Part shown: positions 1 to 15,000 of the stretch, piece by piece | Numbering within the stretch: the first letter of the stretch is position 1 | Layout of the letters: every line of letters begins with the position of its first letter | Source: Thalia democratica | Taxonomy: Eukaryota | DNA: 64,000 nucleotides | Assembly (NCBI GenBank): GCA_965202585.1 | Contig: OZ241826.1 | Span: 73,222,001-73,286,000 of the forward strand | Direction: 5' to 3' | Translations under genes and position numbers: made by a program | The notes under the pieces: generated by a model | The model's database searches: none | Seen by the model: only the letters and a program-made list of their open reading frames with translations | Told to the model about the DNA's origin: nothing

Positions 1-29
1 AAGCTATATTAAATTATTAAATTTTAAAC

Positions 30-3000
30 CAGTTTCAGCAGGGTTTCCCTCCCCTTCGCAGTAGTAACCAGGAGAGCAGGGCTGGCAATCTGACGGATCA
101 CTGCTTCCGTAGTTGTCGTTGAAAGTTGATTCAGGACATGCACTCATGGAGGAACTGTTCATTGGACAGTAATGACCTAGAAAACGGGTTATATTAATGG
201 GCTAAAGATCAAACAGTTTTATTAAAAGTATAAGGTTTAATTATTATCAAATTTGTGCTAAATATATCTTTAAAACCCGTAAAATCAAACTATATTTTAA
301 AATAGTTTTACTTTAATTGATTAAAACGTAAAACATAATTTATGCTCAACATTCATAATTGTATTTATACTAGCAACAAAGTTATCTATGGGCCACCTCT
401 GAAAAAAAAACTTTTTGTAGGTTTTTTAAAATAGAAATTTTAGTCAGTAGTCAAATAATAATAAAAAACAAAACGAAAGATCTCTATTAATAACTTGGTA
501 CACAAACTATAAACAGATTTAAAAGATAAATAAGTACACTTGAAAATAAAAAAATACAAATACAATAATTACCAGGTTCACACTTTTCAGGGGCGGTCAT
601 GTTGTGGGTGGGACACACGAAGCCTGGCGGGCACGACTCGCAAGCCGACATCTGCAAGTCGGGACCGTAGTAACCGGGCTGGCAGCCCTGCGCTACCCCG
701 CTGCCCTCCTCGCAGTAGAAACCCCGCGGACACACCTCCCCCGTCACCCCGTCGACCGGCTCGCTTGAAGACGCTCCTCCGTAACACACAAACCTTTAGA
801 GGTTAAATCTCACTGGTTTTTATGATTTTTTTAAACTTTATTTGTATCTTTAAACGTTTTTTAATACTAACTTGCTAATTATATACCTTATTTAAGTGTA
901 ACTTGAAATGCAATTCGCTTTTGACTTATTATTATTATTCGTCGAATTACTTAATGTTTTATTTTGACACAACATAATTACGATTCAGACATGCAATATA
1001 TAACTAAAAAAATATTTTTAACGAACCCTTCACTGCACAATGGCAGGCCGACAGGCGAGATTGTGGCGGGATCAGGGCAGTAACGTCCTGGAGGGCAGTC
1101 CATGCAACTTTCTGGGCCGGTCTGCCCGCTGAAACTCTGGTACGTGCCAGGGTCGCACTGCAGTGGACTGCTAGTTTCTACTGGACAGTAGTAGCCGGGT
1201 GGACAGACACCATTGCCGACGGGAGAACCTGTTTTTGATGGTGCTTTTTTCAAAATGAGACTAAGAAACAAGTAAAGGTTAACCATATCACAAAAAAGTA
1301 AAGTTAAAACAATATAGTTACATACATTTACATTAGAAATCTAAGAAGTTTAAGCCTTAAAAATAATAAAAATTTGTTCAGAACAAAACTATTAAGAATA
1401 ATAAAGGTTTAAATTTTTACATAAAACGGAATTTATTTAAAATAATATAAACTTAAAACTCTGCATAATAAAAATGTATTATTGAAAAATTAATTTTCTC
1501 AATAGTAGTTTAAACTATTTTTCGTTGTAAATTAATACTAAAATAATAAACATAGTTACAAATACTGTTAAATGTTTAGAAAATAAAAAAACCTAATACA
1601 TCTAAGCTACCATCATCAGGTGTTGACTCATTAGCGCCACCTAGACAGTAAAAACCCGCCAAACATTGACCACTTGGTGAAGCTTCGCCTCCATTGCAGA
1701 AAAACCCTAAAAATTTAATCAAGCTTAGAAGCTAAATTAATAAAAAGGAACTTTTTAAAAATTATTTATTTCGAACAAGCGTCGCCTCTGGTTGTAATAC
1801 TTACACTTCATATTACAGTAAATAAAGTTTCTTTTAAGAGTAAATATTAACAGTAACCTCCATCGCAAGGCAAACAATCTGCTGGGCTTTTTCCTTGCAA
1901 CTTGTCATTATAAGTACCACTAGGACATGGAACTGGCAGTGGTGTACGAACCGGACAGTAATTTCCCGCCGGACAGTCCTCTGGCTCTAAATTACCTGCA
2001 AAATTTTATAAAGCTGTTTACAACTACTACTATTATTTACTTCTCTACTTATAAAATTCAAGTGACAAAAAAAACCTTTGAAACATTTTTTGCAACATTT
2101 TTCTTACAACAACTATAAAAATAAAACTATATATCACAAATAAAAAATCAAAATGTTTTATTATAAGGCCAACTTTAGATTACACATTAACTTAAAGTTA
2201 GGAAAAAATTACACATATACTTTAAAGTTTTACGTTAATATATATGAAGTGTAGAATTAAATTTACAACGTATACCTTTTTTTTTGTAATTTTGGCAAAA
2301 TAAGCTTTGATATATATACTTTAAACTACTTAATAAACAAAAAAGAAAAAATCACATACCGTCATAAGGATCACAAATTTTTCCGGCAAGGCAAGGGTTG
2401 CAGAAACCTCTTTTGGTTTGATCCTGGAAGAAACCTGGGTCGCACACAGTCTGGTTGGCAGAACCTTCCGGACACTTGTGGTGCTTGTCACAGTAAGTAG
2501 GAGGCTTAGAAACCTTGTTTCCACCAGGACAGTAGTAGCCTGCACTGCAGTTTCCTGTTGGGTTGACATTTCCTACACCTGTAAAAGTTTATTAATGAGA
2601 TTTTGTATTTGTTTTTTGTTCTGCGAACATTAATGCAATTTTGTTGATGCTGTAATTTCAATGATATTTTCGTTTATTCAATGATTTCTGTATCAACTAA
2701 TAGTAATTAATAATGATAACAAACAAATTATTTGGTTGCTCTGTGCAACTCTTCTGACCGTAAATTTACTTTCTTGTGTTATTCAAAAGTTAACACTCAT
2801 TAAAAATTTTCAACTGTTAACCTTCGCAGTACATTCCAGCCGTGCACGGGACGCACAAAGTGACGTCATCATTTCGGTAGCTTGGTGAGTATGTGCCTTC
2901 CGGGCATGGCACCAACTTGCCATTTGGACAATAAAATCCAGGTTCACACACATTTTGATCTGGTACGGAACTGTTTTTGGTTTGGTTAGTTTGGTTATAA

Positions 3001-6000
3001 TTGAAGAATAATGATAAGGATATCAATTAGTGTTGATCATGATACTTGATAAGTTTCTTATTGATTTTTTTATGGAGACTACAAAGTTATAAAAGCTATA
3101 GTTTCCTAATAAAATTTATAAATAACCAAAAGTGATGGGTTAAGTTTTTCATAATTTACAACAGTTGTACTAACTCAAAATTATTAAACGGTCATAAAAT
3201 TTTGAAGTATTTACAACTGTTCGTAAGAAAAGATATAGAAGGTCTTTTTAGTAGACCAAGAGTGTTTTAAAAAGTTAAAGATGTCAAAACTCTACTTTAC
3301 CTTCCTTCATTACAATAATAACCAGGTGAGCATTCAGCAAACGGATTTGATAGTTTTTCATATGGACAATACATACCTTCGTCGCATAACAGAGGCTTAT
3401 TTGCTCCTCTCGGGCAATAAAAACCTGTTTATTTATTTTAAGCCATTTTTTAGCTTAAGGTTTTTAAATCGTAAAGAAACTAAAACATTTTTTAACAATA
3501 AAGTTTAAGTCTAAACGGCTGAATGCATAAAAAGTTAAAGTTTGTTTACCCGGCTGACAAATACTTCCAGTTGTGTCAACTAAAGAAGGGCAAACACAAT
3601 CAAATACGTTCGTGCATGTTCCATTACTGTAATTTATTTAAATATTTTTTTAGCTAATTAACAATTGAAAATTAATTTAGATACATTTTTCTACATCTTT
3701 TTTTATTTATTATTGACTTACAAACATATTTCTACTTTGAAAATAAAACTTTAATACTTATCTTTAAGTTGTAAAAATACATGCTATACCACTTAAATTC
3801 AGTAATTTTTAACTCATTATAACTACTTGATTTCTATTTTTATTCTCGTTTTCTAACTTAGTATAAAATTATAAAATATGCACAACTGACGCGATAGTAG
3901 AGTTGACGACGCCGTAGTTGTGAGGAGTCGGTGTTGATGAGCTGCCCACACAATAGAAACCTTCATCGCACTCGTCGAATGGTCTCGTGTTGCCCACGCC
4001 TGGACAGTAGTAACCGCCCGGACAACCGTCGCAACCAGATGACTCGTCAACTTGTCCTGAAACATTTTTTTTGATCTATGCTAGATATTACCTTTAGAGT
4101 GAAATTTAAAATTCAAAAAACTATTTGTCAGGTTGCAGAATCTTTGTTTGTTGTTGACAGTCGTGCGGTTCAGTTTATTGCTAATCAATTAAACTATCAA
4201 ACTTTCTTCAAATACTAAGTTTTCTAATAACTGACATACAAAGGTAAATCAGCTAGGTGTTCGTTATGCCAGAGTCCAAACAATTTAGCTTAAATTTTTT
4301 TTAGGCTTACGTAAAAACTTTAAAGTTACTAATTTATTATTAAACACCTGTTCGATTGTTGTAAGTTCCCTCGGGGCAGGGATACTGATTGAAGTCTACT
4401 GTGCCAGGTGGGCAGTAATAACCTTCCATACATATTTGTGCATCGGACGAGCTTCCGTCGCAGTAGAATCCTGAAAAAAAATTAGCATTTAAGAGATTTT
4501 GTTCTTACTAGTTTCTTTTTATTTTGTGCTTGATCTACCTGCTTTGCAATCATCGCACTTTTCTAGCCCTTCCACTTCAGCGAAAGTTCCTCTCGGGCAA
4601 AGTTCCGCAGAACCGTTGGGACACTGGTATCCTATACCACAGGGCCCACCGTCGCCCTGAAATCATTATTTTTACTACAACAAGCAAAGAAAAACTTGCT
4701 AACATGGTTTCTAACAGATGACATTTTATATAAATATAACTTAGTATAGCTTGTCTAACGTGTAGAAGCGAAACCAAACATTTAAAGAAAACGTACCATG
4801 TTAGTAATGTTGTTAGGGTTCGGCACGTCCACCCCAGACCTGCAGTCGAAGCCGGGCGAGCAAGGGGCGGTGGGCTCTTCAATGTGCAGTTGATCACAGT
4901 AGTGCCCGGAAACGCAGTCCAAACAAAACACGCCACTGCTCGCTTGCAACGACGGGTTGTAAGTACCTTTGGTGAATTTGATAATTTTATTTGGATATAG
5001 TAATGCTAAGTTTTATTATAAAAGTAGATGTAAAAATAAAGTAAAACTTTGTAAACCATATTTACGCATATCTTCGAAAAATTCTGATAGTTATCAAAAA
5101 CGCTCGATAGTTTAAAAATTGAACTTTTTTTATTGTTAAATTCCTAAAACAGAAAAGCTCTCTAATAATATTACTTGTATTAATAAAGCAACACTTTATA
5201 AACAACTACTAACTAATCTGGTAACAAACCAAATAGCTGGGTTGGTAAAAAAAGACTACTCTAATCGCTAAACTCATACTAAAACAAAAAAAATCTCACC
5301 AATCGGACACGGAGTCCAATCGTAGCCGGTTTTTTCACCGCAGTAATAACCGGGTGGGCATGGCAGGGGCAGCGACGAGGCATCAACGCAGTAGAACCCG
5401 GCGGGGCAGTCGTCACAAACGTCCTGTTTCGTTTCGTTGGCGTACGTACCGTTTGCGCACGGTCGCGGGAGCTTACTGCCCTCCTCGCAGAAGTGGCCGG
5501 CCGGACACTCGTGCTGAGTGCTGGTGGAGGAACCGCCGTCGCAATAATATCCGCTGTCACATTTGTCTGTGATGTTTTTAATAAAATTATTAAATGTTTT
5601 TTTCAAAAAAATACAAAGCATAACTTAATTTCATAAAATTTTATTAAAGTAAGCTATTTTTTTTGTCTAAAAAGACATAAAAACTAAAACTTATACTTAA
5701 ACCCAAAAAGGATTAAGCTAATTAAATGTTTTGTGTGTACATTACAAAAGTAAATAAGCAAAATAGTTACAACTAAAACGATTATGTGTTTAACAAAGTT
5801 TTTAAACCTGTAACGTTTTCATTTCCTGAACCGGAGCAAAAGTATCCAGGCTTACAGTCAACACAGTCAATTGGACTGGACTTCATCTCATACTCATTGA
5901 ATGTTCCTTTTATATAAGTTTTCAAATACATGAACATCAATTTAGGCACATATCTAAATAACTGCACAGAAAAACTTGTTCGATAAAACTCTTTGTAAAT

Positions 6001-9000
6001 GATTACCAACTGCTTAGTTTTAAAAAAGATTATTTTAGTTAAACTAATTTTTTCATGAAAATATTTTAAACTCTATCAAAGTGTATACCTGGTGGACATT
6101 CAGTAGGAGCACTACTGTTTGCAGGGCAATAAGACCCGGACGGGCAGACATCTCCAAATATCTCTCCTACAGGATTTATTTTTGTCGAATTTCCGCTGCA
6201 GTAGTAACCTACACAAAATTGTTTTTTTTTTTTTCAATTTTATTTTAACAAAAAAACTAACTATGTTATCGTTAGGTGTAATGTAGTGCACAACTTTTTA
6301 ACAAAAGTTAGGTTATTAGTTGAAGAGAAAACTTCAAACACTTAATACTTTTAAATGAAACTTTTATAAGCTCTTATTTAAAATGTTTATTTGTACTTGG
6401 TGCTATAAACTAGCTACCGTTTAACTAACTATGTTCAAATTTATTTTAATTTACTAATTTTTATTTTTTACATTTTTTCATATAAACACCTGGTAAGCAA
6501 ACGCCACTCGGTTCTTTGAGACCGTCTGCATCGCAATAACTGCCAGGGTCGCAGGGTGAACACTCATCAACACTTTTCAGGTTTGTCGCACCTCCGTAAG
6601 TACCAGCAGGACAACTTACTGGAGATTCGCACCCGGCAGTACAATAAGAACCTTTGAAAAAATTAAAGTTCCTTTGCGAGCAATATGAAAGTAATATTTT
6701 TTGAACAAAAAGTCATTTACTGCATATATGTATACATAATTTATTAGACAATGAATTAGAAAAAAATTCCAGAACATATGTTTTATAAAGATAATTGTCT
6801 TTATCTTCAGCTGGTTCAATTTAAAATAATATAATAAAAATAAAAAATCATTTAAAAGCCTTTAAGTTTAAATAATCACCTAATTTTATATATATACAAT
6901 TAACGTACAAAACTTTTATAATTCCTAATTTTTTTTTTTTTTTTGAGGTAAACTAATAAAACTTTGAATCATAAGTTTTAAAATATAACATATTGAAAAC
7001 AAGCTGTCTTTTAGTAGATCTTACTTTATATATATGTTTTTTTAATTTCATACAGAAAATTTCACTGTACCTTGGGGACAGTCAGTTTGATTTGGAGTAA
7101 TAGACTTTGGAGGGCAGTAAAAGCCGGCATTGCAAATGTTGGTGGGCTCAGTTTGATTAGTTCTGTCGCAGTAGCTTCCTGTAAAAAAAACATAAACAAT
7201 AAGTTAAATCATTTTAAAGCTTCAAACAAAAGTTAAAAGTATTTAGTTATTAGGTATTATGTATATTTCAAGTGCAAAAATAAAAGCCTTAGCTTTGCAA
7301 TCTATACAAGTTAATATTACCAGCGTCGCAGTTTATGCAATCTATTTGCTTAGATTTTTTCTCGTAAGGGTTGTATGTCCCAATGTCACAAGGATATTCT
7401 TCTGCATATTTTGTTTTCACAGGACAATAGAAACCGGGAGGGCAAACTGCTGGAGATACAACTCCGAGAAGGCCTGCTGCAATTGCGTCCGCATGGCTGC
7501 AGTAGTATCCTAAATAAAAATAACTTCATATTCAAAGTTTTAATGATACTTAACGTGCTCATTTAACTATTTCATCTATTACTGGTTTTGGTGAGAAACA
7601 AACCTGACCTTGTCTAATAATTTACAAAATTAACAAAACAGTACACTTTTTTTAAAGTTACTGTCTTACTTATACTTTAAAACTTCAAAGGGAAATTTTC
7701 TTCTAAAAATCTAAATGTTTTATCAGTTTTCATTAAAAACTATTTCAGCTCTATATCAACATAATTTTTTAAACTCTATATTTCAAGTGTTTTTTAGCTG
7801 GAAGTAAGAACAACTACTTTTAATTCTCTTTAGTTTGTAAAATGAGGATGTAAAGTATCAAACCTGCTTCACAGTCTTTACAAGTAGGTTTTCCCTGTTC
7901 ATTTTGATAAGTTCCGGACAAGCAGCTTTGGTAGTTTTCAGATTTTTCGGGGCAAGCGGTGCCTTCGGGGCATTTGTTGGCAGATCCCTCGGTTGACCCC
8001 GGCGGACAGAAATATCCGGGCTGTACAAAAGTTAAAAATTGTAAAATTAGGAACTGAATACCATAAACAATTCACCAATTTCATAATGAAAACGAATTGA
8101 AAACCAACTTTGCACTTGTCAGTTTGGACGTCGGTGCCGTTGTTCGGACAGTAAAACCCTCCACTGCAAAGCTGACACTCTGATTCTTCATAAGCACCTT
8201 CGTAGGGCTGGAAATTGCCTAAAAACACTCATGGTTTTATCTAAGCTCTTTTATTTCTTTTATTACTGTATAGTTTCGTTTTTTTAATTACTTAAAGAAT
8301 AGAGTGATTTTGCCTACTTAAGTATTATTTATTATAAATCGCTTCTTACCCGATGGACATGGTGTAGGTGATGGACTTGCCTCGGGGCAGAAATGACCGG
8401 CCGGACACAAGTCCCCGTAAATTTTCCCAACTGGTCTCGATTCTTTGCTGCCACTAGAGCAATAATGACCCGCCTCACAAGGTCCAGAAACCTCTGACAA
8501 CCCCGAAACGTTGCAAAAATATCCTGAAAGTACAACAACTTAATATTTAAGTTTAAAAAGGCTTGTAAAAAATTATTTACTTAGCTAAGTTATTTTAGCA
8601 CAAAAAATTGTAAGTTTCAAACTTTTTTTTTCAAATAAAACTGACTGATAACTTACTAACATTGATGTTTTTTCTTAATTAATAAAAAATATTGAAATGA
8701 TACGTTTTCTATCAACAATAAGTTTACAGACTAACACGGAATTTTCAATAAATACTCTAACAAGTTTTCATGGTCTAATAGTTAACAAAACATTCATACC
8801 GGCATCGCAAGGAGTAGGCACGCCGGATCCTTGCGGGCAGTAAAAACCCTCCTCACATCTCCCCCCGCCCCCATTCGGGAACATGCACCCGGAAATGTTG
8901 AAGTTTTCGTCGCTTTCCGGTCGTGGGCTGGCAGCTCCCAGTGTGCAGTACCTTGTAAAAGCGTTGTTGCAACAAAAAGTTTTACTTATTTCCTTGTAGT

Positions 9001-12000
9001 TTTCCATTCAAATTTCATAGTTTATTAAGCAAAGTCACGCAAGAGAATTGTTTTAGATGACTTTGATTTTAGTTATAAGTTGGCAAAGATGTTTTTGAAA
9101 TCGGATAACAAAAGATTTAGTATTAGAACAAATAATTAGTTAAGTTTTTCAACTATTTGTTTTGTATTGTTGATTACTATCTATTATTGTAATATTGGTT
9201 ACAACAAATACTAATAACTAAAATAAAGGTGTTTTATCTCACCATCCTCCATCACACAGTTTGTATGGTTCACTTAATCCTTCTTCGTCACAATAAAATC
9301 CTCCTGTGCACAAGTAGCAATCATCTAACGCCTTCCCACCTAAAAAACAATAAAACCCACCATAAAAACAGCTTATTTGAAAGTATATGTTATTTTGCTT
9401 AAAAAAAGTATTGAGAAAATTACTTAATTACAATAATTGTATTAGTTCAGGTCAACCTTAACTTCTTACAGGTTATATTTTTAAAAAATTATCCATAATT
9501 TAGCTGTTAATGTTTACATCTAATTTTTATAAACAACCTTGAAGAAGAAAAAAACCATCACCTGTTTCATTTCTAAAAGTGCCCACGGGACATTGTCTGG
9601 GAAAAGCGGAGTTAATAGGGCAATACGTGCCAAGTCCGCACTTAGTTTTGTCAGAAGCCCCTTCGCCACAATAATAACCTGCAGGACAATTTTTACACGA
9701 CTCGCTCTGCTTGTTGGCAGCGTACGAGCCTCCTGAACAGTTTTTAGGGGCCGCCGAACCAACAGGGCAGTAGGTACCAGGTGGGCACTCATCTCCGTTT
9801 ATCTGTAAGTAAAACTTTGTTTTAACGTCTCAACTAGTACAGTATTGTAAGTATTTTTTATTACAGCAAAAACATGTTTTGTAAGCCGTTCAGAAAATTA
9901 ATGCTAGATTTTAAATGCTCTTGCGCTTTTATGACAAGTTTTTTAGCACCATAAGCATAAAAAACATGGCTAACACTTAGAATGGGAATTTCGTTCTGCG
10001 ATCCGGAAACGCAGTAGTACCCAGCAGAACACTGTCCGGTAGGTGCCGCAAGACCGCTAGTTTCGCAGTAATGTCCCGGAGAGCAGTCCTGGCACGAGTC
10101 TGATGATTCCTGCTGCCAGTCAGGCTGGTACTTGCCCGCATTGCAGGCGTATGGCTCGCCTGTGCCTGTTGAAATAAGGTACAAAAATTACGGAAAATAA
10201 TTTCAACTTTTATAACAAACTTTTTTAGGTTGATTACTAAAATTTCCTAGTTTAACATAAAATTGTACTAGCTAGTTGTCATAGTTGTCTACATGTCTAG
10301 TTAATTTTTTTTGAAGTACTTTTTCATTTAAATACAATAAAACTACTATGCAAGTACTCCTTAACATGATTGAGTTTCTATTGTTCAACTTTTAATCTGT
10401 TAATTGCTGTTAAGTTTTTTTAGTTATTATTGTGATTTTTATTTCTTTAAAGTTTAAGTTTCGACTATAAAAAACTATTATTTACCTTATTATAGTAAAT
10501 TTAAGCATGCTGTGTATTACAAAATGCCCGAATTTTTTTTTGTACACCAGTTCCTTATACCCTTTTTTTCTTGATCATTTTGTTATTTCTTTTCGTTTTT
10601 GTTCAACAAAATTATCATTAACTTAATGTACGATATAACTGTAATACTTTAAATTAAAGCTTCTTAGTTTAAAGTTTTTATAACCTTTTAAGCTTTTATG
10701 ACTGTTCTTGTAGAAATTAAGATATAAAATGAAACAAACCGTTCGGACAGTAAAATCCAGGTGGACAAACACCGGCGTTGCTTGCTGCATCTCCCTTGTA
10801 AGATGGTGTTTTTGAAATGGAAGCATTTCGACAATAATAACCAGCATAACAATCGCCTGTACGGCAAAATCGACTTTTTTTAATTATACAAATTTTAAAT
10901 GTTTTGAACATTGAAATAAAAATTTGTTTGCTAAGTTTTAAAAGACTTAAACTGTATATATTTGAAAATTTTGTTATAAATTAGTTCAAACTTTAACAAT
11001 AGCATCACACATTTATCTATAGTATTATAGAAATGATCACAGTCTAAACTAAACAGTTATATAAAGTATAAATACAAAATTATCTTGAATAAAAGTAAAA
11101 ACTTAAGTAACGTAAACAAACCTTCAGGGCCGGTAAGTCCGTCTGTAGAGCAATATTTTCCAGGGCCACAAGGGGTGCATTCATCCTCACTGGTCAGACC
11201 TTCTCTGTTTCCATAGTAACCCGCGGTGCAGCTCGGGATCAATTCGCCAGTACCTTCGGGGCAAAAAGATCCTTGCGGGCAAACCTAGTTTTTCAAAAAA
11301 GGTGAGTTGAATGCATAAAAACTAGTGAAAAAACTTGTTAACCTAGAAGTAAACCAATTAAAAGCCTAAAGTATTTTGTTTTAAAACGTAATTTGTAGGT
11401 TTGAATTTTTTTATAAAACTTAAAGTTTGTTTGTTATAAATTACAAAAATATTATTTTATTAAACTTAAAAGCTTACATGTTACGCAAGTAAAAGACCTT
11501 ATATAACTTGAAATAACTTAAACACCGATAAAAAAGCATACACCAATTTCAATTAAAACCAGTTTGTACAAGCTTAGCTCTTCTTATCAAATTAACGAAT
11601 TCGAAGATTGAATCAAATATTAAATAGTGTTAGTACTTGTAGTAATAGTTTGATCTCTATTCATTTTAGTTGCACTAGCTATCATCTAAATATTAAATTT
11701 GTTGTTAGGCTTTGAGTAAAATGGGTTAGTATGATTTATATTTTACATATAATAGACATGCATACTTTGCCATACAACAAATGCTAATTTATTGTAAGCC
11801 TTAAAGAAAAAATTAATTAACATACCTAGCATAAAACAGTGCTAATATCAATTTTTTTAATTTCATCTTAAGTCAATTTAGTTACACTAGCTTTCATCTA
11901 AGCACTAAGTTGAGTAAATATGTTGAGTAGGTTAGTAAAATTTCTAGTTTTTGTTGTTTAACAGCAAATCTTTAAATTTTAACAAAATAGCTATCTTACA

Positions 12001-15000
12001 TCAAGCAATTTTTTCATAGATAAAGGTACTAAAAAGGCAGCGGGAAACTCTAAAACTTCCCAACAAAGTAGTGGTGGTAAGAAGGTAAGTATTCAATATT
12101 AAATTTCAGATACTGTATTAATTTAATAGCATTAGTAGTATAATTTCTCATAATTTTAACTGGCTAAGCATACCTAAATATCTCTCAAATAAATGACTGA
12201 TAAAATTGTAAAGTTAAAAATACTTATAGCTATTGCTGCCTTTTTAAAAAACGATTAAAGCTATTCAGCTTAGAATAAAAACAAATTTTATAAAGGTTGA
12301 TGGTGGAAAAGGTAGCAGGAGTGGAGCACCTAGTAATCAGCAGCCAACAAAAACAGCCAAAAAGTTGAAGCAACAGCCTCAAGCTAATGTTGGAAATAAA
12401 ACTGGAGTAAGTGTAACTTTTTGTAAAAAACCACCATTATTTAAAAATTAATTATGTTTTAAAGTTTATACCCTAGTGAATTTTTTTTTTGCAGTTTATT
12501 GTGAAACGCAAAAATTATGAAAAAATAAGTAGAAAAGGTTAATGGGTTAGAGCTAAAAGTTTTACTAACATCACATAACTAAAAAGTATTAATTGACAAC
12601 TAAGGATTTATGTAATACTCAAAACAGCTATTAAATAAACAGTTATAAACTATATATATCTGTACTTTAGCAAAAAAGTAAGTAACTGTAAAACTAATTT
12701 TACGATTATACTCCAGTACAGTAAATTTGTAATGCTCTATACCAATAAACACTCTATTTAATTAAGAGTTTTTATTGATGGGTTTACCTAAGTTTCCCAG
12801 TATAAGTAATACATATACAACAAGATAAGTAGATTTTCGATGCTTAACTTGATTTAAATTTATTTTATTTTGAAGCGCTATGATGGTATGAGCGGTCTAC
12901 ATGGCAAAGATTTTCTACAAGCAAAGCTCAACAAAAAGAAAAAATATCCAGGTGAGTCAAGCATTGATCCAAATAAAATTCGTAGCAAAAAGTTTTCTAG
13001 TTCTGACTCTGACGATGACGATGATAAAAATTGTGCTTAAGCTCATTTGTTGTTTAACATTTCTGTTATCCCTGCATTTGTCATTATAGATTTCGTTGCT
13101 TCTTGTTATGTTATAATGTTGAATTAAGTTTGTTAATAAAAAAATATTTTATAACGGATTTTTTTTATATGGTAATAGTTTAATATTTCTAGTATGTAAA
13201 TGAAATACCCTCAAACTTCAACATAAGTTCTATAAATAGATAAATATTATCTATTATCCATTAATGTAGTTAAACCGAAAATTAATACATATAATTTTGT
13301 TTCACTTAAAAACCGGCTCAAAAACAGTTTTTTTAATTGTAGAATGTTTTAAATAAAATCTTGTAATAAATCTAAATAAAACAACTGAATCATTTTTTAA
13401 TGTTGTGAATGGAAAACGGCAATGAAACAAAATCAGCATGGAAACTAAATACTCATCTCACTAACCAACTCACAATACATTTTACAACTCATACCAACAT
13501 TTTTACTATCGTCGACGCAGTAAAACCCTGCTTGGCACCTCTTACACTCAATTTGTCCGGGTAGATCCGTATTGCTTCCGTCCTCGCAAATTTTCGGAGA
13601 TGCAGAACCTTCTGGGCAGAAATATCCGACAGGACATTCTTCTTCTAAATTGTTAATTAAATAACTGTTGAAATTAAGTACTAAAATACAAGTTTATCAG
13701 ATATTTTAGGACTCTATTAAAACACTAATAAAGTATTAAAGTTATATAAAACTTTTGGTAGATAATGATAGTAATTAGCATTAAAATAAAGATTCCTTGA
13801 GTTTATAGCATACTTGGCAGAGGACTCTAAACTTCTGAAAATATTTAATACAAAAAGGTTTAAAATTTTTAGGTATCATTTGTGTTTTCCAGTTTAAAGT
13901 TTTAGTAGTAATAAATTTTACTTATCGGCAAACCTTGCGATGAATTGGAGCCTTCAGGGCAGTAATATCCCGAAGTACAGTTCACGTTAGGTTCAGTCAA
14001 GCTCGGTTGCGTACAAGCCTGGCCAGCAGTGCATTTCGAACACTGGTCTCTTGACTTTAAACCTTTGAGTTTTATTTAAATGTTAAGTTAACTTACTTTT
14101 TCTTTGACAGTTCACAGCTAAGCAGCAAATTAAACTTTATTTTTATTTCCGAAACGAGCTTAAACAAATTTCTAAGTTTTAAGCTTCAAAAATAAAAACA
14201 AAACTAAGCTTTACCCTCAGTTGGGCCATAGGTTCCGGCCGGGCAAGGGTCCGGCAACGCGGTACCGTTCTCGCAGTAGGAACCTCTGGGGCATACGTCC
14301 CCGGACACTCCGTCCGTCGGCGAATAAGAGCTCGAGCCGCCCGAGCAGTAAAACCCCGCCCAGCACGAGCCGGTGGGGGCGGTCCCTCCGCCCACACAGT
14401 AGCTGCCTCCATCGCACTCTGCGCACAGCTCGGAGGTGTTGAGCTTCTTCTGGTCAGAGTAGGTGCCAGGAGGGCACGGGTACTCGGTGGAATGGTTCGT
14501 TCCTGGTGGGCAGTAGAACCCGGCCTCGCACTCTGCTGGCGTTACTGTACCTGGAATTTTTTTATAAATAGTTTTCAAAGCAAGTATTTTTTGAATGAAT
14601 ATTATTACCTGACGTTGGAGTTGACTCGCAGTAAAACCCCTGAGGGCAAGTTTTGCACTCTGCCTGTTGGTTTTTATAATATTTAGCATTATTTTCTAAT
14701 TTAAATTAATACATTTGATAATATGCTCTAACACTATAATATGTTACTTGTTTTATTGCGTTCTGATAAGTTCCGTCTTCGCACGGTTGCTGGTCGCTCG
14801 ATCCTTCTGTGCACTTGAAGCCTTCTTGGCAATAAAACTCATCCGGGCTGGAAGTATTTTGGCCACCCGGACAGTAGTAGCCTTCCAAGCAAAGACCGGA
14901 AGTGCTACTTTGCCCACCAAGACAAAATGATCCTGTTAGAAAACAGCAAAATATAGGTTTGAAATTTTAAAAAACAGAACATATACACAATGTATATTAC

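Noticed and set aside
4140-4220. Exon-like + strand segment (RAVQFIANQLNYQTFFKY*) in an intron
   Set aside because: No upstream exon or start could be linked to it; compatible with chance.
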